Assembly: GCA_963714975.1 (NCBI GenBank)
Contig: CAVQQD010000001.1
Location: 128,001-192,000 of the forward strand
Source: an uncultured Gammaproteobacteria bacterium
GTDB lineage: Bacteria > Pseudomonadota > Gammaproteobacteria > JAURND01
DNA: 64,000 nucleotides
Direction: 5' to 3'
Below are positions 11,801-22,390 of this stretch, piece by piece. The position numbers and the translations under genes are program-made. Numbering within the stretch: position 1 is the first letter of the stretch; each line of letters opens with the position of its first letter. The notes beneath the pieces are model-generated. The model was not told the DNA's origin. It ran no database searches and saw only the letters and a program-made list of their open reading frames with translations.

Positions 11801-13209
11801 AGCAAACCGCCGCTGTTGCCCAGTTACTACTTAAAATCCATGCCCTCGATCCAATGACTGGTTCACAGCTAGTAAGTTGCATTCGATTTTTAAACGTCGC
11901 TCAATTCGGAGCTTTGACTCGAGCCATGTCGGCCATAGCTCCTGAGCAGGCAAAGAAAATAATCCAAGCAAACTCAGCAAAGAAAATAATCCCAGAACAC
12001 GTCATGCTGGCTTGCGCAAAAACAAACCCTGAACTCGTAGCCGAAATTTTTGCTTCGCTACTAACCAAGCGAGCATTGTTACGAGAAAGGTTTCTGCCAG
12101 AAGTTGCTAAAATATTTAAAGAGGATGAAGAATTCCTGACGCTGGATGACAATAAACACACGACCAATAAGCCTGTACTCCCAGCAATTGGGAGAATAGA
12201 GCAAATATTGATGGAAGAACATCCAAAAGCCTATGCGTGTATCCTAATTAACTTGGCGTGTATGGCACTCAGAGAAAAGCAAAACCATCATCCCCACTTA
12301 GAAAAACTACGAAAACTACCCGAAGAAACTCAAATAGCCGCTATAGCAGAGCTTATCCAAGGTGGTTATGGCTCGGAAGTTATAGAAGTGTATGGAAAAA
12401 AGAGCAATGTGCCAATATTAGCAAAGCTTAAAGAAGCAGATAACCCCAAATACCCTGAATATTATGCAAGTCAATTAATAAGCCAATTCATGTTGGCTGA
12501 TGAACCCAAGTACAGCTACCTGAATAACAGAGCAAATACAAAGCCATCCCCAGAAATAAGACATGTTAGCCAAGCTTTAGAATATATAGTAGCAGACAAT
12601 GTCCAGAATGCTTGCGACATAGTATTAGGCGCATTACAAGAAATCGAACCTACACCTGAAGATAAATTGGTTACTACAGAGACTGCAATGTCTTCGCTAT
12701 CTCGATTAGTTGAAGTTAGCAAGGTGATGGGTCAATTCATCACGGAGTATCCACAACCAGCCGCGAAATTTTTCCTAGCACTCGCATCTAATGGAAACGG
12801 CAGAATTAGGCCAGATTGCGTAAATCTTCTGTTAGCACTGCAGTACTCAACCTCTCCGGTATCTTATCAACGCCTGCAGCAAAACATGGAAAAGAGAAAT
12901 CCAAGCTTAACAGAAAAAATTTCTAGTGTTGTTCAGGAAAGAGCGACACGTTTGGATCCAGAATTTCTATTCGCATTTTCTTCTAATCGTCCCGAGATTG
13001 AACGACTAAAAAAGATTTTTACTAACAAAGAAGAAGCTGCGGCTTTAATGCGATTAAATCCCAATCTTAATAGAATCCAAGGTCCGGGTTCATTGAGCGT
13101 TTTCCACGATCTTAACAGGGATACAAATGACATTAATTCCTCCGGTCAAATTTCAACGATCAGTTCTTCAAGAACGAACACATCTACTACTTCTACATCT
13201 ACTACATAA
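8809..13209 (+). CDS. Large orphan protein (1466 aa), candidate secreted effector
   Basis: Long intact ORF with S/P-rich low-complexity N-terminus, two central hydrophobic segments and S/T-rich C-terminus. No recognised family. Confidence 0.8.
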   Translation: MDAKLEKTPSTPDDNSFPKRKNILTSPTSIASSAPIYAGPTLSQIQLLGNSLSAQLDHNFQTFRREFKEISDLEQEDPKKFIKALEDLAVKVNNFREGHRQQHTDFGGYTPVNNPHWDYFKKLLQYHKAYAPSPPNSVATSPSYPNSNSQSSSATSSPIRSPSPLQGTPATRTEQKISADVDDADDPLTPIQPGFDKRKKRQRKPLPLPSLDALQQKLDALHFSSIENQDVTNQSQISDTHEVKTIHYEDATPLLDDAPQSPSDETDPISPPPQALLVPKDFSILNQYCTNRYKTFAPAERKEFSGLHHAIEAKIASAAEAFKQEQARIQELWFKSSEEKRYLELVTKFLELKSSLASHGKTARFVTELRTLTEQISKESSAHSQKHGSQVKPDWAQLTQACYLLQLYALSELAHAIDYMVFPDQTTIKFNADVKPARNVVVLAHYCAIYPDLRQAEKSEDIAARLTGSTTQWQDLAHKSILNVQTKRASISPWSFFRSPEDTQFNLYAKHFFAYQSKLRGNTSAPEVMDEIWEFTQTIETYKKNWQHHNPEQNFEDSQEHFNDLLRASYVLWLDAYDKTYSSQEQAIPEHIEYKINCLVIPQAPEEKQNGGLDHEAIETFKRQNQAEHDQQQLVRLEHWIRENPFKLVLGLVSPILIWQGYRFGTHPDQAKEFAEKILANDWYSILIFGTAALLGIYGICIRNKKQAIAKSNEQLLKQVTNLTPQTTETKTGRPTKVEPKENAATNPQEIFHAAFRQFSLPLPATLKNAIPTDTKAATAALVQLLEEGQGTKAAKIYQGSKGFFQFEDKAPQKALELILRAQALREIRASQPDPRSDKKNNKDNKKTTQSASNEQVLGLRYLVKHGYVHDAADLVFDTEGHCNALGKKAGAKSEEIIAADLYRCSQGNPVHIWTVKLEILSLCEKRYVEEKKGYARDKVVNGLYYFINAESSQAANLLLKMLNLDPITIQTPSNNHDGNSLFTLAIALDEVRDQGSKQTAAVAQLLLKIHALDPMTGSQLVSCIRFLNVAQFGALTRAMSAIAPEQAKKIIQANSAKKIIPEHVMLACAKTNPELVAEIFASLLTKRALLRERFLPEVAKIFKEDEEFLTLDDNKHTTNKPVLPAIGRIEQILMEEHPKAYACILINLACMALREKQNHHPHLEKLRKLPEETQIAAIAELIQGGYGSEVIEVYGKKSNVPILAKLKEADNPKYPEYYASQLISQFMLADEPKYSYLNNRANTKPSPEIRHVSQALEYIVADNVQNACDIVLGALQEIEPTPEDKLVTTETAMSSLSRLVEVSKVMGQFITEYPQPAAKFFLALASNGNGRIRPDCVNLLLALQYSTSPVSYQRLQQNMEKRNPSLTEKISSVVQERATRLDPEFLFAFSSNRPEIERLKKIFTNKEEAAALMRLNPNLNRIQGPGSLSVFHDLNRDTNDINSSGQISTISSSRTNTSTTSTSTT

Positions 13210-13226
13210 AGCTCGAGGTGCTTTGT

Positions 13227-14934
13227 ATGCAACTACCATTAGGGTACGATGATTTTAAAAAAATTAGAGATAAACAACTCGATTGGGTTGATAAAAGTTT
13301 ATTTATCCAAGAAATCCTCGATGATAAAGCTACTGAAGTAACCGTAATCACCCGTCCCCGCCGTTTTGGCAAGACTCTAAATTTGTCTATGCTGCATTAC
13401 TTTTTGGCAGCTAAAGCGCACGGACAATCCACTCAAGGTTTATTTGATGGCACGAAGATTGCTGCTTTGGGTAACGAATATATGCAACACCAAGGCCGTT
13501 ATCCTGTGATCTTTGTCACCTTTAAGGAGGTGAAAAATAATCACTTTGAAGCTGCTTACGGCATGATGAAGAAACTCATGTCACAGCTTTATCGAGAATA
13601 CCAGCATGAACTACCAAATAGTCCACGATTAACCTCGAGTGATAAAGAAAAATTTCTTGCTGTGCTGGAAGAGCGGGTTGATGAATCAGCAGTTCGTTCG
13701 GCATTGGTTGATTTATGCTATTACCTGTATCAGCATTATCAAGTCAAACCTTGGTTGCTGATCGATGAGTACGATACTCCGATTCAAGCTGCTTATGTGC
13801 ATAACTACTATGACCCAATGCTCAATCTAATGCGGGGGATTCTTTGGCCCCGCGTTAAAAACCAATCCCTATCTCGAAAGAGCGGTGATTACCGGCATTT
13901 TACGGGTTGCCAAGGAAAGTCTATTTTCAGGGTTAAATAATTTAAAAGTCTATACTTTGACGAATTCTCAATATGGGCAGTATTTTGGTTTTACTGAAGA
14001 CGAGGTAGAAAATTTACTCCAGCAAGCAGGCTTACAACAGCAAGCACCTGCGATTCGTGATTGGTACAACGGTTATAAGGCCGGAACATACACCGTCTAC
14101 AATCCCTGGTCGATCGTCAATTGCATTCGCGAACAAGGAGAATTAGCGCCTTATTGGGTCAATACCAGTGATAATCACCTGATTAAAACCCTATTACTGG
14201 GATCGAATGAAGGCTTTAGAACTCAATTTGAGAATTTATTACAAGGGAAGACGATTGAGAAAGCAATTGATGAAACTTTGGCATTTGCTGATCTAAATCC
14301 CCAGGGAGGTAGGAGTGATTCAGCAGGTTGGAGTTTATTGTTTGCAGCAGGTTATTTGAAAGTGATTGCTTCACAACGCATTGGAGCAACATTACATTGC
14401 CAGTTAGCAATCCCTAATGAAGAAGTGCGCAGTTTATATCAACAAATTATCCAGCAATGGTTAGCTGATGGGCGTGACGAAGCATGGTTTAATACTTTTT
14501 TAAATCACTTACTCACGGGTGATTTAGTAGCCTTCGAACAGGATTTAAAACATCTGGTTGAACAAACATTCAGTGTCCACGACATTTCCAAAGATCCTGA
14601 AGCGTTTTATCACGGTTTTATGGTTGGTGCGACAGCAAGTCTGTACCACAATCCAAATTATGAAATTAAATCGAATCGGGAGGCTGGTTATGGTCGCTAC
14701 GATTATATGATTTTTTCGCATGATAAAAATAAGCTGACGATTTTAATTGAGCTCAAACGAGTACCCAAAGATACCCCTAATTTAGATCAAGCCTTGGAGC
14801 AAGCGGCGCAACACGCTTTGGAACAAATGGAATTGCAGAATTATGCGGCTGAAGCGAGGCAGCGTGGCAGAACTAAGATATTGCAGATTGGCTTAGCATT
14901 TTCTGGCAAGCGGTTTAAATTATTGTCGCAATAA
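13227..14934 (+). CDS. AAA-ATPase-like + PD-(D/E)XK_9 nuclease protein, copy 1; one frameshift near 13843 (possibly an assembly error)
   Basis: LPLGYDDF, VDKS, TRPRRFGKT, LIDEYDTP, ITGILR, YNPWS and SNREAGYGRYD...IELK. One extra base in att-ctt-tgg separates the two ORFs. Confidence 0.88.
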
Positions 14935-14986
14935 GGTTGTAAAAGTGGTGAATAGTTACTAAAAAATTAGGATAGTTCACAATTTT

Positions 14987-17059
14987 ATGGATAGATTTCT
15001 TCGCATTGTGGTGTTTTTCCTTATCAGCCAGACTTGCCTGGCAGCGGATATTAGCGTTATTCGCGATCCTTTTCTGTTGCTAAATCAATTTTATGCCCTG
15101 AAAGCCAATCATCCTAATCTTGCTTTTGGGGCGTTAAAATTATTATTACTCCAAGATCCTAATAATGTCACTGCTTTAAAAGAAATGGGTTATTGGCAAC
15201 TTGCGCATAACCATCAAGCAGAAGCCGTGGATTATTTTATAAAAGCTAATCGACTTAAACCAGATCCACAAATTGCGTTACAAATTGCTTACATTGATGT
15301 GGCACTAAAGCAAAATCAGCAAGCCGAGGATTACTTAAAAAGCGTCATCAGTTCCGGGCAATCGGAATTGGCAGCTAAAGCCCAAGTGGCCTTAGCGAAT
15401 ATTCAAGGGGTCGCACCTTCAGCGCCGTCGGCTGCTGCGACCAGCCCAAGCCCTGCGCCTGCACCTATTGCAATACCAGTACCTACTCCAGCCGCCCCAC
15501 CCCAAAAAAAACCGCAGCCACAAATCTCGCCACGCGACGAACAGCTAAATCAATTTTATCATTTACAAAAAACTGATCCGGTTGCCGCAGAAAAAATCTT
15601 GCGCCAATTGGTAGAGCAGTATCCCAATGATCCCCAATTGTTAAATCAAATGGGTTACTTGCAATTGCAGCTGAAAAATAAACCCGCCGCTATCCACTAT
15701 TTTTCGCAATCCTACCCGCTGCAAAAAGAATCCACGATTGCGTTGCAATTAGGTTATTTGTGGGCGGAAACCAAGCAATACGAAAAAGCGGTGGAATATT
15801 TTACCGCGGCGCTGGCGAGAATCACCGATCCGAAATTAAAACAACAAGCCTCAGCCGCCCTGACCTTCAGTAAAAAAGCCTTACATCCGCCCGCACCTCC
15901 GCCGGCAGCCAAACCGCAATTAGCGGCAAAAGCACCGCAATTATCGCTAACCGAGCAATTGCTGAATGAATATTATCCGCTTAAAAAAACCAACCCCACC
16001 GCGGCACGAACTTTATTATTGACCCTACTCCAGCACGATCCCTACAATACCACAGCGCTGCTTGAATTAGCCTACTCTTACAATGCAGAAAAAAATTATG
16101 ACCAAGCCTATATTTATTTTTTACGCGATTATCAAATAACCCACAACCCAGAAATTGCCGTGCAGTTAGGTTATGTGTTAGATGCCTCTGATCACAAATA
16201 TCTTGCCTACCACTATTTTGTTGAAGGGGCGCAAAGTGCTGATCCAGCCTTAAGTTTAAAAAGTAACCAAGCTTTAACCAATTTAGCGGGTTGGAATACC
16301 CGCGCGCTGCCGTCGCCATTGTTTGCAGATGTGTATTTATCCCCCCTGTATTATGGGCGATTTAATTTAGGGGTTTTGCCTTATATTGTTCGTGCAGGTG
16401 TTTACTTAGATCAAGCCCATCGCACCGAATTATATACATCTTTGCGCTATACTCGGGATAATAAATCGTTGCTATCGGCCGGCGTGTCGCCAGAAATTTT
16501 TGAAGATGATGTGATGGTAATGGCTCTTGGCATACGACATCAATTGTTCAAGAAATTCCCGTTGTATTTTTATACTGAGGCTGGAGCGGCTTATGACTTG
16601 GTCTACCGTTTGCGTCCGCGTTGGCGAGGCGATTTTCGCAGCGGCTTTATTGCTTATGATAATTGGGGTCGCAAGCCGACCTATCAACCTGAATTTACTT
16701 TTTTATTTAAACCCGTGGGAGATTTTTATGGCGATCTGACTTTCTACACTCGCTATGGCGATGACATCATTGGGACGGCGCGGGTACGGCAAGGATTTCG
16801 TGTAGTGGAATATCATGCTAGTTTCATCGATATTTATTTAAAAGGGCAATATGGCATGGATACCTTGGGTCAGTATTATAATAATTATCTGGAATGCGGA
16901 CCTGGCATTGCTTGGGTGCCCAATAATCGTTACAACCTAGCAATACGGCTGGAAGCTATTCAGGGGTATTATATCGATGTAAATAGCCCCACCCCCAATC
17001 CCTTTAGTCCTCATTATAGTACCAATAATATTCAACTTGAGCTTTATGCTCGTTTTTAG
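14987..17059 (+). CDS. NfrA-like TPR + outer-membrane beta-barrel protein
   Basis: Signal peptide, three TPR clusters separated by P/A-rich linkers, aromatic-rich beta C-terminus ending in F, adjacent to the nfrB-like gene. Confidence 0.7.
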   Translation: MDRFLRIVVFFLISQTCLAADISVIRDPFLLLNQFYALKANHPNLAFGALKLLLLQDPNNVTALKEMGYWQLAHNHQAEAVDYFIKANRLKPDPQIALQIAYIDVALKQNQQAEDYLKSVISSGQSELAAKAQVALANIQGVAPSAPSAAATSPSPAPAPIAIPVPTPAAPPQKKPQPQISPRDEQLNQFYHLQKTDPVAAEKILRQLVEQYPNDPQLLNQMGYLQLQLKNKPAAIHYFSQSYPLQKESTIALQLGYLWAETKQYEKAVEYFTAALARITDPKLKQQASAALTFSKKALHPPAPPPAAKPQLAAKAPQLSLTEQLLNEYYPLKKTNPTAARTLLLTLLQHDPYNTTALLELAYSYNAEKNYDQAYIYFLRDYQITHNPEIAVQLGYVLDASDHKYLAYHYFVEGAQSADPALSLKSNQALTNLAGWNTRALPSPLFADVYLSPLYYGRFNLGVLPYIVRAGVYLDQAHRTELYTSLRYTRDNKSLLSAGVSPEIFEDDVMVMALGIRHQLFKKFPLYFYTEAGAAYDLVYRLRPRWRGDFRSGFIAYDNWGRKPTYQPEFTFLFKPVGDFYGDLTFYTRYGDDIIGTARVRQGFRVVEYHASFIDIYLKGQYGMDTLGQYYNNYLECGPGIAWVPNNRYNLAIRLEAIQGYYIDVNSPTPNPFSPHYSTNNIQLELYARF

Positions 17060-17074
17060 GAGTCGAGAAAAATC

Positions 17075-18922
17075 ATGCTAATTTTATTTGATCTGATGTG
17101 GTTTTTATTGATTGTAATTGCTGCAGTATTTTTTCTTTTTGGTTTGGATGGGGTGTTTCTCGATTTATATTATATGGGCTATAGCTTGTTTCGTGCGATT
17201 AAAAAGCGTAAATATCCGCCATTAACTTATGAGCAATTGGCCAATTGTCCCGAGAAAAAAATTGCCATTATTGTGCCGTGTTGGCAAGAGGCCAATGTGA
17301 TTGGGGATATGTTGCGGCATAATGTGCGGGCCATTGATTATCGTAATTACACTTTGTTTGTGGGGGTTTACGCCAATGATCCAGAGACGGTGGCCGTGGT
17401 GCAGGAAGCCGAAAAAACCTTTTCTTCAGTGTGTTGTGTGATTGGTTCCAACCCTGGCCCCACCACAAAGGCAGATAATTTAAATGCGATGTATGCCTAT
17501 ATCTTAGCTCAAGAAGCGAAATTACCGGAACGCTATGAAATTATTGTATTACACGATTCAGAAGATATGATTCATCCGCTTTCTTTGAAATTATATAATT
17601 ATTTAATTCCGCGCAAAGAAATGGTGCAAATTCCTATTTTTCCTTTGGCAGTCAATTATTTCAATTTTACCCATTGGATTTATAACGATGAATTTGCCGA
17701 ATACCATACTAAAGATATCATTGTCCGTGAGGCAATTCGTGGTTTAGTACCTTCGGCCGGCGTCGGGACCGCTTTTGCCCGTCGCGCGATTGAGCGACTG
17801 ACGGAAGATAATCCGGGGAAATTGCCGTTTGCGTTGGGACATTTAACCGAAGATTACAATACTTCGTTAAAAATTCGCTTGGCAAATTTTAAAGCGATTT
17901 TTCTTACTCAAAAAATTTGGCGCAAGCAATACCAACGAAATTCTTTTTCTTCACGTTTGTATCTGCGTAAAGTTAAAGAATATGTGGCAACCCGCGCGCT
18001 TTTTCCCACGGAGTATACTAAAGCAGTTCGACAAAAGGCCCGATGGATTATCGGCATCGCGATTCAAGAATGGTTGGAAACCGGTTGGAAAGGCGACTTT
18101 TCTACCCGCTATTGCTTGTTAACCGATCGCAAGTCGTTGTTTACCCATTTGGTCAATGGTCTTGGTTATGTGGTATTTTTATTTTGGGTATTTTATGCCT
18201 GGTGGCAATTTTATCATCCAGCTTACCCCAGCTTACAAGATCAATTTAATCATTGGCCGCTAGTATGGTATTTAATTTTAGGCTGTACGATCATTATGGT
18301 GGATCGTTTAATCCAACGGATGATTGCCACCTGGCGAGTTTATGGCATTATTCCGGCCTTGCTCAGTGTGCCACGCACCTTTTATGCCAATATATTAAAT
18401 CTTCATGCGGTATTACGTGCTTACCATTTGTTCTTCTTTAATCCGGTGAATAAAAAACAACCGAAGTGGGAAAAAACCGAGCACATTTTTGCTCCGAGCC
18501 CAATCCTTCGTTCCTCTGATAAAAAATTAGGTAATTATTTGGTAGAGGAAGGGTATTTAAGTGAACCAGAATGCGTACAAATTTTGAGTGAGCAATTACA
18601 AACGGGCGAGCGCATGGGAGACTTACTGATACAAAAAGGCATTTTATCTCAGGACCAACTGTATCAGCTATTAGCAAAACAATATAATCTACAATACCTG
18701 CCAAAACTCCCGGCGATTCTGCCACGTGAGCAATTGTCTGGAGTTTCAGCAAAAGATTATCAGTGGATGTTAGAAAATCAGTTCTTCCCGATTCAATTAC
18801 TCGCAGAGGATCCTGAATTATTGCTCGCCATTGTCGATCCTGCCAATACCGCCGGCATGGAAAGAGTGGAAAAGATTTTAGCAGGGTATCAAGTTCGCTG
18901 TGTCTTAGTTAAAAATACGTAA
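17075..18922 (+). CDS. nfrB: NfrB-like GT2 glycosyltransferase with C-terminal MshEN c-di-GMP-binding domain
   Basis: VPCWQE, GPTTKADNLN, LHDSED, VPSAGVG, LTEDY, RQKARW and WEKTEH motifs. Tandem MshEN motif KLGNYLVEEGYL...RMGDLLIQKGIL. Confidence 0.82.
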   Translation: MLILFDLMWFLLIVIAAVFFLFGLDGVFLDLYYMGYSLFRAIKKRKYPPLTYEQLANCPEKKIAIIVPCWQEANVIGDMLRHNVRAIDYRNYTLFVGVYANDPETVAVVQEAEKTFSSVCCVIGSNPGPTTKADNLNAMYAYILAQEAKLPERYEIIVLHDSEDMIHPLSLKLYNYLIPRKEMVQIPIFPLAVNYFNFTHWIYNDEFAEYHTKDIIVREAIRGLVPSAGVGTAFARRAIERLTEDNPGKLPFALGHLTEDYNTSLKIRLANFKAIFLTQKIWRKQYQRNSFSSRLYLRKVKEYVATRALFPTEYTKAVRQKARWIIGIAIQEWLETGWKGDFSTRYCLLTDRKSLFTHLVNGLGYVVFLFWVFYAWWQFYHPAYPSLQDQFNHWPLVWYLILGCTIIMVDRLIQRMIATWRVYGIIPALLSVPRTFYANILNLHAVLRAYHLFFFNPVNKKQPKWEKTEHIFAPSPILRSSDKKLGNYLVEEGYLSEPECVQILSEQLQTGERMGDLLIQKGILSQDQLYQLLAKQYNLQYLPKLPAILPREQLSGVSAKDYQWMLENQFFPIQLLAEDPELLLAIVDPANTAGMERVEKILAGYQVRCVLVKNT

Positions 18923-18935
18923 ACGCCGCTCCGAG

Positions 18936-18965
18936 ATGACAGCACTAAAGGTTTTAGGCTAAAAT
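18936..18965 (+). promoter_or_regulatory. Putative sigma70-type promoter of the AAA/nuclease gene (second copy at 22543-22572)
   Basis: ATGACA-N18-TAAAAT here and ATGACA-N18-TAGAAT at 22543, conserved before two paralogues. Confidence 0.5.
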
Positions 18966-18981
18966 CTAGACCCTTGTCGCT

Positions 18982-19030
18982 CTGTAGGGGACAAAAATAA
19001 TCCCTCCCTTTGGAAAAGGGGGAAATTATG
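18982..19030. repeat. REP-like palindrome, family B (CCCCCTTTnnAAAGGGGG)
   Basis: Related hairpins at about 22391-22501, 30356-30480, 54088-54150 and 63555-63720. Confidence 0.7.
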
Positions 19031-19062
19031 AAGGACGACGCTTTCACCAGTGAGATGCTTCT

Positions 19063-19589
19063 ATGCCATTACCTTTAGGTCACGATGATTTTAAAGAACT
19101 TATTGATTATCGATTGGATTTTGTCGACTCGAGAGTCCTAAGTTCCAGCCACAAATCCAGGATGTAGGAGTAATTCAGCAGGTTGGAGTTTATTGTTTGC
19201 AGCGGGGTATCTGAAAGTGGTTGCTTCACAACGCATTGGAGCAACATTACATTGCCAGTTAGCAATCCCTAATGAAGAAGTGCGCAGTTTATATCAACAA
19301 ATTATCCAGCAATGGTTAGCTATCGAACAGGGAGAGTGGTTATGGTCGTTATGACTATATGATTTTTTCGCGTGATGAAAACAAACCAACAATTTTAATT
19401 GAACTCAAGCGAGTATCCAAAGATACGCCTAATTTAGATCAGGCCTTGGAACAAGCCGCACAACACGCTTTGGAACAAATGGAATTGCAAAATTATGCGG
19501 CTGAAGCAAAGCAGCGCGGCAGGACTAAGCTATTGCAGATTGGTCTAGCGTTTTCAGGTAAGCGGTTTAAATTGCTATGGCATTATTGA
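19063..19589 (+). pseudogene. AAA-ATPase/PD-(D/E)XK nuclease copy 2, with two large internal deletions
   Basis: MPLPLGHDDFKELIDYRLDFVD start, then a block matching about 14309-14466, then the C-terminal nuclease end matching about 14669-14934. Confidence 0.88.
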
Positions 19590-19799
19590 AATTACCACGT
19601 AGTTTTTTTAATCGCCATGTGGTTGAATAAGCATCTGGGTATCCACATGGAACATAATGGCCTGGATTTAGTGAGTCATGACGCTTTTTACGTGACTGAT
19701 AATCGAGATAGGTTACAATATAAAGCCACATCACGGATTGGCATAAAACAGGCTACTGATAAATTATGGCGATTTGTGGCGGTACCCACCTGCCCTTAA
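19577..19799 (+). pseudogene. DNA-3-methyladenine glycosylase (MPG family) remnant A
   Basis: MALLKLPRSFFNRHVVE joined out of frame to C-terminal ...LNKHLGI...SRIGIKQATDKLWRF. Confidence 0.75.
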
Positions 19800-19827
19800 T
19801 ATATCCTTCATATTTGCCTGTTATTAT
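19795..19827 (+). promoter_or_regulatory. PmrA-like tandem box plus -10 element
   Basis: cTTAAtatatccTTCAtatt-N7-TATTAT, with the same geometry at 24542-24574 and 30509-30541. Confidence 0.55.
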
Positions 19828-19851
19828 TGGTCAAATTTTAATATTTATTTT

Positions 19852-20049
19852 GTAATCATTCACCATCTTTGTGCGTAAAAATCCTTCTCCCCTTGTGGGA
19901 GAAGGTGCCCGAAAGGGCGGATGAGGGGTAAACTTGAAAACAGCAAGAAGCATTTTATTAGCTAACTGCTGCTTACCCCTCACCCGCGCGCCTTACGGCG
20001 CGGCGGCCTCTCCCACAAGGGGAGAGGCAAAATCGTGGTGAATGGTTAC
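19852..20049. mobile_element. MITE-like element with terminal IRs GTAATCATTCACCA...TGGTGAATGGTTAC and internal family-A hairpins
   Basis: Terminal inverted repeats, near-identical copy at 24599-24801, flanking imperfect direct repeats. Confidence 0.75.
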
Positions 20050-20098
20050 CACAGTTTTTAGTATTTATTTTAATTAAACGAAACTTAAGAGGTTTAAC

Positions 20099-22352
20099 AT
20101 GTCAACACAAAATTCGCAACCCGGGGCCCCAACTAACCCAGTGAATGCCGAGGTTACACCTCCTCCTTCGTCTAGTCTTTCGTCTAGTTCTTCATCGCAC
20201 TCAGGCTCAAGCCAAACTTCGACTACTTCTATTACTTCTACTTTGTCTCCTGTTACACAACTTGATCCAATTGAAGCCAAACAAGCCCAAGCTCCCGATA
20301 TTACTGACGTGGTTTATGCTATCCAGGTTTTAAAAGGATCAGCAGGTTATCTAACAGGAGAAAAAAAGGCTGCAGACTTCGACAAGTTGATCCAAGCTGT
20401 CGAGACAGATAATCCTACATTTTTCTACGGCCATGTGGTGCGTAAAGCAATTGCAATACGATTCCTTCAGGAATTTCAGAAAACGGTAAAAAAACCTAAA
20501 TTTTTTTTTACAGAAACCGCGAAATTTGGACAAGCTTTTCATACTGCTAATATTCAAGTCGCTTTATACATCCAAGGAATCTCAGGATACCCAACTTACG
20601 GAGGAACAGAGGAATAGCGCAAAATTTCAGCTTACGTCGGTGCTGCAAGATTTCGACACGCTACATCGTGACAATCAAACTCGTTTCCAGGATATTTTGA
20701 CACAGCCCTTGCCTGCAAACCTCTTAGAGCAACTTACGCAATCAGAAGCTAAGAAATCATCACCGACATCTCCAACTTCAACTGCGGAAGTAAAATCAAA
20801 TTCTAGCTCCGACCCGGACAATACTCGAACTTCTGATATAGCTTATGTTGTCAAGGTGTTAAGGGATCACTATATAAAAGATAGTGCCACCGGTACAAAA
20901 GCGCAGATTAGCAAGTTTATACGGAAGATCAGCGAGGAAGGAGATCCGGATGGATATTTCCTGCCCAATAAAAAACGTGCAGGGATTGCTGTAACAATTC
21001 TCAACCAGCTTTTGCGACTACCAAGAGATGATGGATTCCTCACTTCAAATCTGGTTTTCAAACTTAGACAGGCTTTTGTGAGCGATGACTTTGCCCTTCC
21101 TGATACTGACCCCAACCATCAGCAGTGGAGTAATTTTACGGGTGAGCAATTACAGAAAATTAATTTAATTTTAAAGAAAGCTTTTAGCCAGTGTGATGCA
21201 CATTTTACAGATGGGAGCACGCCTTTTGCCACACTCTATCAGGAGCTTTCGACGCAAGAATTGTCCCAACAGTTTTTAGACACTATCCGAATGAGAGATT
21301 CCAAACACAACCCAGGCCCCAAGCCCAATGACTCTAATAATTCTGTTAAGTCTCCTCAGGATCTGCAGAGAGAGCTTCAAAGCTTATATCGTCCCCCTGC
21401 AAACAATGCGCTCCCGGATACAAACTCACAGTCAAGAACAGAACGGAAGGGGGCTACGCAACCTGCTCAAAAAATAAGTTCCGAAGAGGCAGAACAATAC
21501 CGCCAACAAATCTTTGATATGGTTTATGTGGTCCAGGCATTTAACCGCTCACTTTTTGAGACTAACTATCCTCTTTACACCATTCAGGAGTTGATTAACC
21601 GAATAGACACAGACAAAGATTCAGATTACCAGACCCCTAACCGTAAAAAAATTGCTACAGGTGTTCTTGCAGAATTCCAAAAGATCAAACGCAAGAAACG
21701 TGAAAAGAACGATACGGTTCACGAGGGTGTAAAACTTATGCAGTGGTCTCTTCAGCAGGCTAGATCTGCAGACGAGCAACAGCCGCTACCTAATCCGTAC
21801 CAGGATCAGATTACAGCAAAAGATTTTAGTCCGAATGATTTAATCGATGCTGAGTTCGCTTTAAGGCGTGGGTGTCAGGAACTAGACAAATGTGGTAAAA
21901 CTGAGTTCCTAAAGCGATTTTATCAGCTTCTCGGAAAGGAAGTGCCTGTGCCAGCCCCAACCCCAACTCCCAGTTGCTCTTTTTGGAAGCCAGCAGCAGC
22001 AGCAGCAACAATTCTGGGAGTGGGCGGAGCCAGCACTGGGTTATATTATGCATTCGCTTACGGGAACAGTAATGATTGGGAAGGGATTACGGGAGCTTTT
22101 AGCGCAATGGGAGATTGGCTCTCGACCCCCGGGGGGAAAATTCTTGGTGGTACTTTAGGGTTAGTAGCGATATTCATCATTTTGGCCGCCGCGTTGTCGT
22201 ATTGTCGCGCGCGTTATAGTGCTGCAAATGGATATGAGCCTCTACCTACTAAACAAGATAGCAACAACTCCAACCCAACAACTCCAGAGAGCAAGGACTC
22301 CAACTCAACAAACCCCGAGATCCGCGCCGTAACTATCACACAAGAAATATAG
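20099..22352 (+). CDS. Effector-like repeat protein, paralogue A (3 modules + TM hairpin); one frameshift within about 20500-20590
   Basis: ORFs 20099-20617 and 20526-22352 overlap and together form a protein colinear in style with 24851-27130. Confidence 0.72.
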
Positions 22353-22390
22353 AAGTACCGAAATCGGACGAGGACCCCGGCGCTGCTTTT

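Noticed and set aside
20488-20509. Phase variation at the A7/T9 runs in paralogue A
   Set aside because: KFGQAF downstream of the runs still aligns with KLRQAF of the next module, so the shift probably lies later (about 20545-20590). An assembly error is also plausible.
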